Source: Ophelia neglecta (lineage: Eukaryota). Taken from it: a stretch of 64,000 bases of DNA. Position 1 is the stretch's first letter. Every line of letters begins with the position of its first letter. The DNA lies in contig OZ260662.1 of assembly GCA_965285935.1 (NCBI GenBank), forward strand, positions 29,140,001 to 29,204,000. The letters run 5' to 3'. The notes under the pieces are model-generated. The model was not told the DNA's origin, made no database searches, and saw nothing but the letters and a program-made list of their open reading frames with translations. This document shows positions 23,801-38,000 of this stretch, one piece after another. The position numbers were made by a program, and so were the translations under genes.

Positions 23801-26289
23801 TTTACAATACTGAGCTTATTTTAGTCTGGGATGAATAGTAAATGTTGAGAGCTCTGCTACATTTAACACTGGGTCCTAGAATCTGTAGCAATATATAGGA
23901 GCCATGTTATTTATCCTAGAAAGATCATTATTATCGCCTTGGTTAAAGTGGTTTTTTATTCTATTTCACCATCAACTCTGATAAACACTGAAACCTTAGC
24001 TGGTGTTTTCTAGCATAGCTTATAATGCACTGAGTGTATTCTAAGCAGAGATAAAGGAGTATTTATGTGATTATTTGGAAAGTGCTCAAAGCCTCCATCA
24101 AGGTCGTCCCTCTTAAGATGACATGCTGTTTCCTAGAGCCTAAGAAGATGCCCTTGATTGTTCTCCAGATATCATGGAGCATAATGTAGTACATCTTAGA
24201 TGAAAACAAGTAAAGAAGAAGTGAAGATGTCCACGGTTGTTACATTTGGCACAGCATTTATTAAAAAACTCTCAAAATTATCAGAAGTAGGAACACCTTA
24301 CTATTGTTTTCATAATGTCACTTAAAACTCTATGAGGGTGTGTCATATGATATGGTTCACTATGCCAATTTGAAATCAAGTCCAAAAAGCCTTTTCAGGA
24401 GTCATTTTCAGCAAATACCTGGTCAAACTTTGCCTGAACAATTGTTAAGGTAACACTCTGGTTTATTCTCGGACATGCATGCATTGGTCAGTTTCCTAGG
24501 TGTGCTTGTTTGTGTTTCATGTGAGACAAATGCCCTTTCAGGATTACTCCTGTTTGTATAATGGATTGTGAATTTAGCCAGACATTTGGTCCTGAAGTAT
24601 GGCATGTGCCATGCTGCTAAATATTGTCTGATCTCTTTGTGTATTATACCACTGTTTTGGCAGGCAATTATTTTACCGCAGCAGCCAATTCCAGTGTTAA
24701 TATACCAGCATTAAGCCTCCTTGACCAGTTTTGTGAATCTGCTATCATGATAATAGGGATTGAGGCAAACAATTTTGTATACTGGTTATACATGCTGGGG
24801 CTATATGAACAAAAATGTGTCTGGATCACATCTTCGTTATGTCATCCTCATTTCCTGTGCAATGAATCTGACAGAAGTCCCCATATAAAGTGGGCAACAC
24901 AATTTTATTCCTGAGGCCTCATTTTTTGGTGCCCAAAGCTTCTGTTTTAAATAATTACCAGTCTGACATATGCCACTGTGTTTGTGTCCCTTTACAATAT
25001 TAAATCTGAGATAGTGGGGACATCATGCCCTCTTTGTTTATACTTGCCATATCAAAGTTGTAATGCCAGGCACTTGACACAAGAGTGTCATGATATGGCA
25101 CACATGAATCGCAGTTGGTACTCCTTCACAACTTTTTACTCCATTCAAAATAACATGAATAAGCCCTCACAAAGTCTTATCTCTATGAAAAGTGAATATA
25201 GCTTATCAAGCAAATTTGTTAATTTTTACACCAGCTGGAGAGCCTGTCAGTAACCCTGAAAATTAAGTATGGTATGAAACCAAGGCCACCAAGAATATGG
25301 ACCTTAGCTACCATAATCTTATAAGGGTCCATGACTATAAGGATACAAGTATACCAGAGATAAACAGGTGTGTTTCAGAGTTAATTTACCTATTTGATCT
25401 TCTTTCCCTCTGTTTGCACATCATTTTAAGGTGTGATGATATGCAGTCCAGTGGCTATATTGTCACCCAGAAACAACATAAGTAACCAGGAACTTGCAAA
25501 ATTATAATTCATTTATAATTGTGTGGAATAGACTTAAATATTTTCTGACTGTTATTCCTAAAAATAAAAATGAAACTATTCTGTGTCATTTCAATCTTGA
25601 ACTTTAATCGTCGTATGCACATTAAGGAGAATCACATGAGCAGCACTGGTTTCTGATGTTTGCTATAAATGGCTGGTCAATTTAGACAATCACCTAGCAG
25701 CCAAACCATTGATTTATTAGTTTTATCATCTGATAGGCAAGCAGGGGCATGGCTTGTGCAGAGGATGTGTAAATCCAAAATATTGAATGTTTGAGGGATT
25801 ATACAAGGGAGCTAGGCAGATTACTCTACAGCGAGTCCCACAATTGACTCATTTGACTGCCAACACGCTCTAGGCCCCTTGGGTTATCATGGTCAATATG
25901 AACTGCTTTGCTGCAGGGAATTCTTGAAATATTTCTTGCAGGGAATTTATGAATAATTCAAATAAATATCGTAATGATTTGGAGGCACTGACTCCATCAA
26001 TAAAATGGCAGTAGTAGCAGAACAGTTTGTCAATAAAAAAAAAATTAAAATAATGTCCTCCATTTCATTTGATACCAGTATTGTTTATTTTACATAAGGC
26101 TTTAATGATAAATATTATTGTGAAACAAATTTATAATATATTGTTTGAAATTTTAAAAACTTACATTTAGGTGTATCTTTATTTTGACACACAAGAATAT
26201 GGTGCCTTCATTTTTTTAAAATGTTTAGGTACATATAGATGAGCTGCATTGTGAGGCTAGGATTTGATTGATTTTCCAATCATCACATA

Positions 26290-27635
26290 ATTACTTGTGG
26301 TTTTCTATAGCTTTCTATAGGTACCAAATTATGGACTACTTCCAAGAGAACCCCCCAACCTTATTGATTTCTTGTTGGCAATCAGGCAACGATTTCTGCA
26401 AGATGAACTCTGCAGAATCAGTCGGCCGCTGTCATAAGCGATGATAGGTGGCGATGATAGGTGGCGCATGTAGGCTGGCATTGCCAGGTTTGGATCAGCC
26501 GCTGGTCAGAGGTCAGTCCCACAGACCTCAAGCAACTTCAATACTCTATCAAATGTTGTGTCTGTCACCACAAGATCCATGATGGATAATAGATGTTGTC
26601 CCTTTCAACAGAGAGGGTCACTTGGACATGTTGGGACATGGTTGATAAGACTGTCCCTCTCTGCTGTAATAGATTGAAGAAGGATGACGTCACTTATCAC
26701 GTGATATTGTTAGTTACTGCTCCCGCTGGAGACAAACAATCATTGCCGCCATGTTGGGTACATGTTAAAGTACACGGTCGTAATATCAGCTCCGATGATT
26801 TTGTGTTTTAGTCCAGTATTTATGCGTGATTCTGACTGATTTCTACATTTGTGGAAGCCGAAAGCTCTGATTAAGGTGATTATAGCATTTGTGCAGTGTT
26901 TTCCGCCCTTCTGCAACCACCAAAGCCAGCGAGAGTTCTGCCGATTTATTCGGTTTCCTACCTGTGAGGACAAGCTGGGAGAAATTATTTAATATTAAAA
27001 GCTTAATAGGCCTACATGTAAGTCTATGAGAAAATAGGTTTTATGAAATTGCAATTGGGTAGGCAATTTAGATTTAGTGCATCCTCCTCATGTCACATTT
27101 GCATGACTACGCTTGTGCAATTAATTACAAGAACCCTGGTCAGAAATTCACACATTACCATTGTGACATTGCAATTCATTAATACACTTACATAAACAAT
27201 ATGACCCCCAATTTTCTGAAATAATAAGGCCCCAATAATATTACTTATACATAACATGACTTGTAAAGTCCTTATACACCACTAGTACTGGTCCCAATAA
27301 AAAATAAGCCGTTTAGCGAACAGGCGTAAATATGGGGGATTTAAGATCTTACGCACACGGTACGACAAACTTGCCGTTCTTTCGTACGAAGCTGGCTTTG
27401 ACCCGAGCTGAAATGTGATGCACGCGAACCATCATAGGTAAATCTTTCTAATCGCTTAGACTTGTACGCATTTTCCCTTTTCTTAATCAGTTTTTCTTCG
27501 CCGGCAAAGAACGCCGCTATACACGAAACGCTTATCACCGCCATCTTGAAAAAACTGTGTATACCCACAGAAGCCCGTCGTCAGGTCGTTGCCACGCTCT
27601 GACGCGCAGCTGACGTCAGAGCTTCTTCGATCTAT
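26290..27635 (-). mobile_element. Decayed DNA transposon carrying a spliced SWIM-finger/YqaJ exonuclease gene (ISL2EU/PHIS-type accessory ORF)
   Basis: Exon 1 (27544 to 27353) reads MAVISVSCIAAFFAGEEKLIKKRENAYKSKRLERFTYDG, then with frameshifts ISARVKAS and SYRV, ending at a GTAAGA donor. After an acceptor at 26962, exon 2 gives degraded KGGKHCTNA (SWIM position), LTSDQR..W, HRL/TAAD.F.RV (YqaJ RLTASNFG) and SIIW..KAIE, in the expected order. The region is CpG-rich relative to the intron, and the putative end at 27633 is followed by AT. Confidence 0.65.
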
Positions 27636-30600
27636 TGGCTTGAGAATGTTTGTGCTGATTGTTGAGTTGATTTGTCCATGTACCTTGACAACATACAGAT
27701 GTAATTATCTCTTCCTTCTGTTAGTAGGCACTTGTTTATTGGGGACTACTTTATGCAGGTGACTAGATTTGGTCGGAGACATGGTAAAAGTAAGGTTAAA
27801 AAATTGGCCGTGGTTTAAGAGCTCAGTTTGTTAAATTGGCTTTCTGTATGAGGATGGATGTCATATTTGTGTACCATCCAATATAATCCTAGTAGGCATG
27901 AGAGTATTTCAAGTCATTTCATAAATGTTTCAGTTGTGGTGTAAAGGATTTGGGCTCAATCACATTATTGGTCAAAGTGAGGTCGCCAATCTGGCTGCCA
28001 CATAGCATACATGTATATGTACATAATCCTAGCTTCATAACATCTAAGACATGGTGAGGAAGCACTCAGGATGTCCCCGATCACAAGTGACCCATCTCAA
28101 GTTCTACCATCAATCTACAACTTCCTGATAGTCGGTATTTCTTACAGATTACAAAGTGCCTTCAAGTTCTGCTCACATGACCAAATGGATTGCTCTGACA
28201 TACCCGGCTTGAAAAAGCACCAAGGAACATTGAGAACTATTCTGGTCCTTCCTTTTGTCAAGTGATTAATTGTGAGGGGCAAATTCAGATAGTGATTGGG
28301 TCAGGAACAGCTCCATGACAAAGTGCTTATGTTATAACTGAGACTGTCTACAACAACCCCCTTTCCTTCCACAGGACATTTGCATTTGTCGAGGCCTCTG
28401 GAGTCCCCCAGGGTGACTATTTCATTCTTCATCTTCTGCTAAAATAGCCACCTATGAGAGTTTAATGATGATTGAGCTTTTGTGTCCTTGAGTCCTATTG
28501 GGCATTGGTGAATATCTAGAGCCAAATGACCAGATGACTATCACCCTCATCATTCTTGTGTCACTGGCAAGATCATTTGGTCCTTTCAAGGCTACAGGCT
28601 ACTGCTATGATGATTTCAGATAAAAATGCAATTAACTGTACCTGTCTATACTTGTACATGTAGCTTAAAGTTAAGAGTCACTTAGATTTTAAACTGAATT
28701 AGGGCAAGTGGTTATTGGGTTTCATCTTTCAAACTTGTGTGGAAGGATCTTTCAAATAGTGTTATCTTTATTGGAAGAATGTCATAATTCTAAAGGATGA
28801 TCATTTTTATTAATTGTTAATATTTTGCATTACTACAAGAAAATAATGACATATTTATATTGTATGTATGTTCTATATTTGCACTTCAGTGGCAGGGAAG
28901 TTGTAATTTCAGTGCTAGTTATATTGTAATGTTATTTTTCTATCTGGAAGAAAAAGGTATTGCAATAACTTGTGTTACAGATACTACTCTTTATGTAAAT
29001 GTTGAAAAATTCTTTGTTCATATCCAATTATAAGATACTGTAATGGACATATTTATTGCTTGGAATTCTTTTAAATGATATTGGCAAAGAGCGTTACCAT
29101 CAGCAGCATAAATTCAAGCCATTATAACTGAGCCAGTTCAAATATACATGTATTAATTAGAAAGTTTAGTACAGACGAATATTTATGTTTGAAATAATGA
29201 AACAAAGTTATTCTAATAAACAGTTTGCCCATTAAAGTACTAACAATCAAAGCATGTGATGCTTGGATCTAAGGATTTAATACTGCAGTTAATGAAATTT
29301 AGTATTTATGCTAAACTATGATATGCACTGAAAAGAATATTTATTAGTAGGCAGTTTTTAAAAAAATAAGAATTGAACACCCCTGTCCTTAAGGGAGTTA
29401 GATGTGAATGGAAAGCAGGGTAGATAATGCTTGGTAGTGTATTGTGTATCAAACCTTTATGATCATTGCATCTAGCCTGGCAACTGTTATTTATTCTGTA
29501 CCCTCTCTGTCAAGATGGCAATTATAAGTTTCGCAGCGGTGGATGTCTTTTTGCTTTTATATGTCATTTACATCTTTCAATGTATGGATTTTTCAACAAC
29601 AAAACGCTACCAACATGTTGGCTCAATTGTCAACATCATATTTAAGTCTGGCATGTGCGTAAGATGCTTTTGCATATAAAATTACTGTGTAGTTTTAAAT
29701 TATTGTCAACATGTCTTAGAACAACATATACTGAAATAGTTCCCTATGGGTTACAGCTGCTTTCAACCCACATGTTTTATTTCCAGTTCTATCATCTTTT
29801 TATATAAGGATATTAGCACACAAGGGGTGAATAACAGTGCATTTTAATTTTATGCTTGCTGTTTTTTAGAAAAATGTTCAATGTTGAACCAAAAACATGA
29901 ACAGCTGATAAATGACAGCCTGCTGCTATGTGGGGTGGGCCAAGCTACCGTCCTGTCCACAACTCTCTCCATTTGTCTTGTCCACAAAGCCACAACTGGC
30001 TATTTACCACTGAATAGTACCAAAGACACATTTTGAAGAATCCTTAGAGTGCTGATGGGGATGCTAAAAACATTGTACTATCTTATTCAGGGGAAACCCT
30101 TGATTAGGCATACAGAACTACAGAAGATGTGGGTCAGGCCCCTGAGAGAGGTGACAAAAGCACAGGCTCTTCTAGATCCCGCTAGACACTTGGTCATGCA
30201 TTTCCCATGCTGAAGGGTTTCTACCATTTTAATTTCTGTTTTATTGACATTTAAGGGGGAAAGCAGGTGTAATGTAGTTGGTTTTAATATATTTATTATG
30301 TAAAAACATGATTTTACCCTGGATGTATTGATCAAATTCATAAATATAACATAAATATGCCTAAGTAAACTTGTCATATCTGCTTTGTTACAGAGGATGG
30401 CCTGTTTTCACCTGGTATTTCTATCTGAAATTCATAACACATATCTGCAACAAACACTTCTAGATTTTGATTCTCAACCCAGGCTGCAAATTATGTGCAA
30501 AATACTTCACCTACATGAGATGTTCTTTTTATTGTGCCTTTTGTTGCACAGTTAAAATTGCTGTTATTAGTGTTAAAAGGAGGTAAAATGAGAGAAATGG

Positions 30601-33600
30601 GGTAACATTATGTCTGAAAATAACTGATAGTTATAATCAGTATGAAACCATTCACTGATAAATCTTCGTTAAAAAGCTTCTGCCTGATGAAAAGGCCTTT
30701 AATATGTGGAGTGTTGATTTAAATCAAAAACTGAATTGGCCTTTTTTCGTCCCTGAATTATAAAACCTTTGCTTTACATCAAGTTTATAAGCTGCTGCTG
30801 GTCTTTTTAAATGGAGCCCATCACCTTTGGCTTGATTATTTCTTTAACCAATCATGCTGAAATCACTATCATGGAGACAGTTGATACAATTTTGTTATGA
30901 AGGGCATAGTGGGACCCAAAGATGCCTTATTGCTTTATAACATGCAATATGCCTTATAGAATTTTAAAGCAGACTGCTACATAATTTTCTAACTTGAGCT
31001 TATGACTCAGCCAGATCCCAGACATCAATGACTTTAGACCTAACCCTGTCAGGTATGTGCATGTCTTAGATCCCAGACCCTCCTCTGCTCATCTGCCAGC
31101 TAGCTGAGGCTGCCACAGTGTAACTAATTGTGTTATTTTCTCGTTAGTGGGGCTGTAAAGCTGAGCCACATTTAGGTATCTTCTTCCAAGAAATTCTTCA
31201 GTGGATTTTGTAGCCAGTGGAACAACTGTTGGACTGAGTTATTGGGAACAGCCAGTGGAAAAGTGATGTTTGCTAACTCATGAACTGTTGATCTATGGTT
31301 AGAGTGAAAGAGGATATAGCTAGGTCTAATTTTCAGAGCTGGCAACATAATTTTATGATTGACATTGTAGCATGCCTTAACTTTACAACAGAGGCCCAGT
31401 TCCCTCTCAGAGAGCTGAAGGAGTCACCAAAAGCTTCAGCACCCATTGAAGATGCTCTATATCATTTAGCCAACATCTGAGAGCAATAACAACTGTGAGG
31501 ATCTGTGCCCAAAGGTTAGAAAGGTCTAGGCTATGTGTAACAGATGCTCAGACTAGCATGCACTAAGCCAATTGGTGGTTTTTGCATCTCTTTGAACATA
31601 GCCCTTGGTGTCATTTTAAAAGATACCACTGGGCAGCTATGTGGATTGTTCTGAAAATGCTGCTAGACAACATTTCTGCCTATTTTGTCTTTTGGACAGT
31701 ACTGGGCATCATACCAGCCCGAGATGTGAGCAGTTAACGCTTGCTCAGCATGGGTGATTTCTATGAACTGTGAGGGCTGGTCATGAGGGATATCATTGAG
31801 GCCTCCCAGTGTTTGACAGTAATGTAAATACAGGCGTGTGCCCATCATATCATGCACCCATTCACTGAAAGAATGGAAACGATTAGACTGAAAGCTAAAG
31901 CAAATGTTCTGGGTATGTCTGCAAGGTGTTTACTTTAGTTGGAAGAAGAAGCAAAATCAAAACCTTTGATTGGTCAAGAAACCATACATCCAATATCATC
32001 AACTTAACTGAACTTGCATCCAGCTTGAGGAATCGTGATAAAATGCAAACTTGTTTCTTCAAATGTGTAATTGATATATATCATAATAGGTTAATAATAG
32101 TAAATTCAGGACTAGAAGCCTTCTTATTTGACATGGGACATACCTTCACAAGATGTGGCATCTGCTGGTTGAGTTGTAGTTGATATCAGTTAGTCTTTGA
32201 GTGAAGTGAAGCTGAAAGAAGGGATGCAGATGTGGTGAACTTTGGGATCTCTTTTGATTCCAATACATCCTGACATCACCAGAAAACTTGTCATTTAGTC
32301 AACAACGTGATCCGATCATGGCCATGAGTGTGATGCATTTAATCATGTGTGAACTGCAACACACTGGACTATCTAACTGAACATTCTGCTCTCCTTGGCA
32401 TCTTTACAAACTATCTTTAATTAAAGTATCAGTATATAAACTATATACAGTAATGTAGCAGTATATGATATTATTTATTAATTGGAAAAATGTGCAGAAA
32501 GTGTATTTCTCGCTTTTGTATTTTGATACATATACATGTACTGGTATTTGCAAGTTCAACAGAAAATTTAGCTGGAATTTAATTTCACTACCCAGGCTAC
32601 CTTGTGAATACACAAATAACGTTCTAAGGCAACATATTAACCTCTTCCATTCTGCATGTATATATAAATTATGTCTGCTTAGACTAGCAGTATTATCAAA
32701 GAGACCCTTCAAAAAAGCCAAAAGTTTTTTTTAAGACTTAATCAGTTTGTTACTTTGTATTATAGCATGACGTGGGATTTTGGTTTACCAATGAACATGT
32801 CAACCTTAAGGCTTGGATTTTTTGAAGATTATTCTTAATTTTTCCTGTGACATTTTAAGGAGTTTAATGTTTATGTAAAACATATGGTTAAAGAGCTGGC
32901 TTCTCAGGATGGTAACTATGTACAAGTTTATGCCAAAGAATATTAAAAAATGTGACTACCGGGTATTTTCAGAATATATTGTGTTACAAATAGCCCTCAT
33001 GCATAGTCTTTTTACAAGCAACAATCAATTTCTGTGCCAATATATGGTCAGCCCCCTGCGTTTTGCTGGAAAAGATCATCCAATAATCTTGGCAGTCATT
33101 GAGCAAGGCTTGGCCGAACTTTGTTCCATCCATCTAAAACTAATGTCTACACAAAAGCTTACATATTGCATTCACTGATGGCGCAGCAATTTATGTTTGT
33201 CATTGACCAGATTTTACCAGAGAAACCAGAGGACTAGGGTCACAATATGCACTAGGTACCTCTCAACCACTGCTGTAATTTTGATGTATTGGTATAACAG
33301 AGGAAACTAGAGGTTGGGGACAGTTCAGGTTCTGCAGAAATTTTAGCTAATGAGGAATTTGATTTATCTACCATCGGCTAAATGAGCACATTCATAATTG
33401 TCAACACTGTCAGAATGATCCCTTTAATATGCATTTATGGCAGGCCATCTATGTCCATGAATATCAGTATGATTATAGCTGAGTAATACAAAATGTCGGG
33501 TGCTTCCATTTATAGCTAAATGTGTTTTAATGTAAGAGACAATTCACATAGGAATCACTCTGTTTCTAGGCATAAAAAAATGCAGTTTTGGACCTTCGAC

Positions 33601-34399
33601 ACAAGCAATGATATCAGGTGAAAAATTGTGAAAGTTCTTAACGATAGATGATAAATTGTGCACATAAGCACGTACAGATAACAATTCAGGCCCACAAAGT
33701 CAGGAAAGTCAAGTTTCTTTGTCCGAGTTGGAAGTTTTCCGTGCGAAATGTATGTTCGTTAGTCTGCCTGATTGTCACCATTTGTGACGGCTGCAAAAAG
33801 TACATAACACTTACATGCAATATTGATAAAGCAAGCAGTTGTATTTGTCTGGCATTTGACTACATGTTGCTCTTATGTACTGCATTGCATCATAAACCAA
33901 GGGATGTATTGTTCATGCATTAGTGTGGGATAATCCTCAAAGATATATATAATCTGGGGTGACCCTGGCTTATCTCCTCAGACATTGCAATGAATAAATG
34001 TATGATGGTCAATGGTAGCTTAGTCCTTGCATTAATTCTGTGCACTTCTTGCAGGAAAGTTTGAGTTGGAATGGATGGACTTGGCCTTGAATATCCAGCG
34101 TAACTAATGCTAGCATATTACCCATTGTAAATCTTAATACATATCAAGCATGGAGTCAAGCACAACCATCAATGATTATTTACATTAAACAATATTTATC
34201 TGTATATCACATCAATATCTTGTGTGACATTGATGAGTGGGCACTTGGGGCAGAGTTGGCACTTGCCGACCTCACCCATGTGTACCTATTAGTTTGATTC
34301 CCAATCAAATAGCTATCCCCATGGAGTTGAACATGACTACATTTACCCACTACTCGGTATAACCTAGAACTTGATCTGTCACTGTATCTCCAATGTTTT

Positions 34400-35020
34400 G
34401 CCCAATAAACAGTATATCAGAAAAACACATCAGATTGGTATTGTGACAGCATCACTCTATATTGACACCTCTCCCACAGCCATGATCACTTGGTCCCTTG
34501 AGAATCCTAGGTAAATGTAGTCAAGGCTTGACATGTTCTGGCTATTTAGCATTCCATTTGCCTGTTTATTTACTACCCATTGATATCCCCCATGATGGGT
34601 GTCACTAATGAAATTGGTGACAGCTTGTAGTATGCCATTTCAAGCATTTGCTTATTTAGATTCTAGGAATGTAGGAACTTTGTATTGAATTCCTGTTTAC
34701 TGTGTTCAGCTCCTCCCAGCTCCTGAGCATCTGAGCAGCAATCTCTTGATTCATCCTGCTCTGATTGTTAATGTGGTTCTGAATGACCCCTTGGTACATG
34801 TTCTCCAAGGGGAGGACGCAACAGACTCGAGTTGGGAGTCCCATTTCCTGGTGTAATGTCATGATAGCAGCCTGACTCTTATCTCGCTCTTTCTCAGACA
34901 CCTACATCCCTAGCTGGAGGCAGATGACAATGGTTCCAGCAAGAATACCAATGTTCTGCATTTCCATATTTATTGTCTCACTCTCCATGTTATTGACATT
35001 AGCATTTATTATCTGTTGGG
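34400..35020 (-). mobile_element. Decayed non-LTR retrotransposon (LINE) AP-endonuclease fragment
   Basis: Motifs appear in the correct order on the minus strand: IVICLQ (~34931-34914), SYIP, IMGDIN (34596-34579), SLDYIY (34528-34511) and SD..., broken by frameshifts and stops. Confidence 0.55.
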
Positions 35021-38000
35021 CAATTTGGTGTCCAACCAACATTAATACCTTTCAGAATTCTTCATTACTAGAATAGCCTGTGTCTCAATATTTTACACAA
35101 ATTGAGTCTGAATGCAAGACATTTTGCCAGGTACACCTACTGTACCAACAAATCCTAATAGTTATAGAATACAGATTAGATCTAAGTGAGTGATAAACAT
35201 TTGCCCATCTTTATATATGCAAAACAGAAGATACTGGTGTGTATTTTATTGTGCTTCTAGAAGGACTCAGAATATAAGTAAAACTTATGACTTAATGATC
35301 TGTCTGTTGATTGAATAGAATGATGGCCTGCTTGCCTTTTCTTCTTGGTATAAAAAGCAACACTTATATGATATCAGTTCACATCTTCTTTGTGAAAGCA
35401 CTATGATAAACAATATAAATGCATATTTATAGTACATGTGCCCTAGTTGTTGAGCATTGATGAGGTATCTGCACAGTAATATAAGGTTTATGATCCTCTA
35501 TATAGACCTGCTCTGCCACAGGCTAGTGAGTGTCCGTGGAGTAATTTAGAGTATATCAGGTCTTAGTCCATAACATGCAATGAGCCTGATTACATTCAAG
35601 AGGTCTCTGCACTAGGATAATTTGGCCAAATGTCTTTAGTTTAGGGTTGGTTGACAGGTCGTAGGATTTGCTACGATAAGGCACGCAAGAATGTTTGGGG
35701 TATAGCTGTGTGCAGTATCTGCTAGCAAAGCCATACTGCAGTTTCCCCGGCAGCCTGCCACAATATTGGACTACAATACCTAAATGGTGCAGTAATTCAA
35801 TTTGCCTTCCTGGAAAGGAGTGCTGCAGCACTAAACTGACAGAAGAGCTGTGCTATCTCGTATATAATATCTACACACACAGCCAGGGCTGTACACATCA
35901 AGTGGCCAGCAAACATTTTCAAATTAGCCCTGTATGATTAGCTTTGGGAGGTATCAATACATAAAGGGAATTATTTCTGTTAAAAGCTACATTTATATCA
36001 CAAAACAGCTGAATTTATATATGTCTGTTTCAATTTAGTCATGATAATTATTTTCATAGGCCAACTCGCAACCTTATGAAGTATGCGGCATTACATGGAT
36101 TTTTTCATCAGTTTGCGAAATGGATGATTTGCTCCACCTATGAAAGCTTTTCTGAGGCCAAAACATAAATATCTATTCTCTTGAACCCAAAGGTAGATCC
36201 AGACATTGTGTCTAGAATTGAAATTGATTGGTATCTAAAAACATGAAACAGATCAATCAAATGTAGAACCATATATTGAATTTGTGGCAGACCCTCTTCT
36301 TTGATATCAGACTTGTATTTCTGGTCTGATATGTTGAAATATATGCCTTGCTGGGTAGGTCAGATGCAAGGGCTGATTACTTTCAATCAAAATTGTTCCA
36401 CATGTGATGTTTGATGTGCCACAAATTTATAAATTGTAATTTATGTGCAAACAGCATGGCAGATAATGTCCCTCTGTCTGACATTATGCCAGGGGTATAA
36501 TTTTGTCAGCTGAATTTTCCATGACAGTCACAATTCAAAATACGGTGATGTAGGCATAATGTCATTATGCTGTTCTAGACTTGAAGCCAGGCACATGAAC
36601 TGCAATTAAACTGGAGGTATAAAGCATACAGGTAGTCATTAAGTAAAGCATAACTGTTCATTAAGATTGACAAGTTCTCTTGCTACCTAGGCAGTATATG
36701 GGTCAGAAGTAATGGATGAACTAATAGGGTTATAAGACTTGATCAGGAAATACCATATTTCTCATTGTAAACAATGAATTAAAGCAGATAATTATAGGGA
36801 GTAATATTGGTAATAATTGTGTTTAAGATAAACAGTTTTCAGTATGCTTAACTAGGCTGCCAAGTAGCTTCATGTTAGGAATGGAATCACACATGGCAAT
36901 GTTATGTGGAATATATATTCATGTCAACCTTATTTATTTACCCAAATTCTCCTTTTATAAATATCTTGGCAATCTATAAGCATGATTATATTAATTGTCT
37001 TCATCATTCAAGGGTCAGAGAGAGTGATTGTCTTTGTCATTCTCATAGTATCAGTATGTGATATCCAGGTTTTCAGGGGTTTTTTGCGATGCTATCCCGC
37101 ATACCACTTTAACATATATACTGGCTGTTAATCTCATCAGAAACTCTTGAATCACTCAAGCTCCTGAGCTAGTAATTTCATAAAGTACTGAAATAGCAGC
37201 TTCTTTCTTATGGTAGTCTCTTGGAACTAAAACACAGATCTTGGAATTCTGATGGAGATGGCAAAACAGTCCACTTTGACTATGATCCCAAAGAGGAGGT
37301 TACCATCTGCAATGTTTCAGGAATCAATATTACATTGTTTATTCTAGGCACTTAGACATGAAACTTCAACGTTTCATGTAACCTAGATACCCACATTGCA
37401 AAGAGCTGGGAGCTCCATGAATGCTCATAACGGGACAGTGAATAATTTGTGGTACATGGTGCACATACCCAAGTAGACTGAGTTAGTAAATAATTTCCAC
37501 AAACCCCAGCAACAATAGTTTGTGAATCGTGCTGCAACTAGAACAAACATGAATGTTCCAAGAAGATGGAATAAAAAGTGAAAAGCAGCAGAGATCATTT
37601 GGTAAATTGGTTTTCCATGTAATAACATGACAGGATATATATATCTGTTCAATAGTCCCTCCAACGGATCCAATTTGAATACTGTTTTCCACATTTTTGG
37701 GATTGCTTTTTTTGCCCATCTTGCCCAAGGCCAAAAACATTACTTAAATCAATCACTTTGCTATTCCTTGTATGAGAAGTAGTTTACATGATTGAAGATG
37801 ATTTGGAGCGAAGGGTTAGCAGGTTGAGTAGCAGATCAGAAGAATATTCAATTTACTCTTTGCTCATGGCAGTTAACCCATGAATTCAGGTGCAAAATTT
37901 GGTGCTGAGATTATCAGTGGCTGGGACATTTTCCTTGATAAAGGTGCTCAGTGAAGCGATGGTTATGTGGTATTTATGTGAGATGTGTGCTTGTACCTAT

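Noticed and set aside
35677-35693. TAAGGCACGC, identical to the 5' end of miR-124
   Set aside because: The 3' half diverges and there is no complementary arm to form a pre-miRNA.
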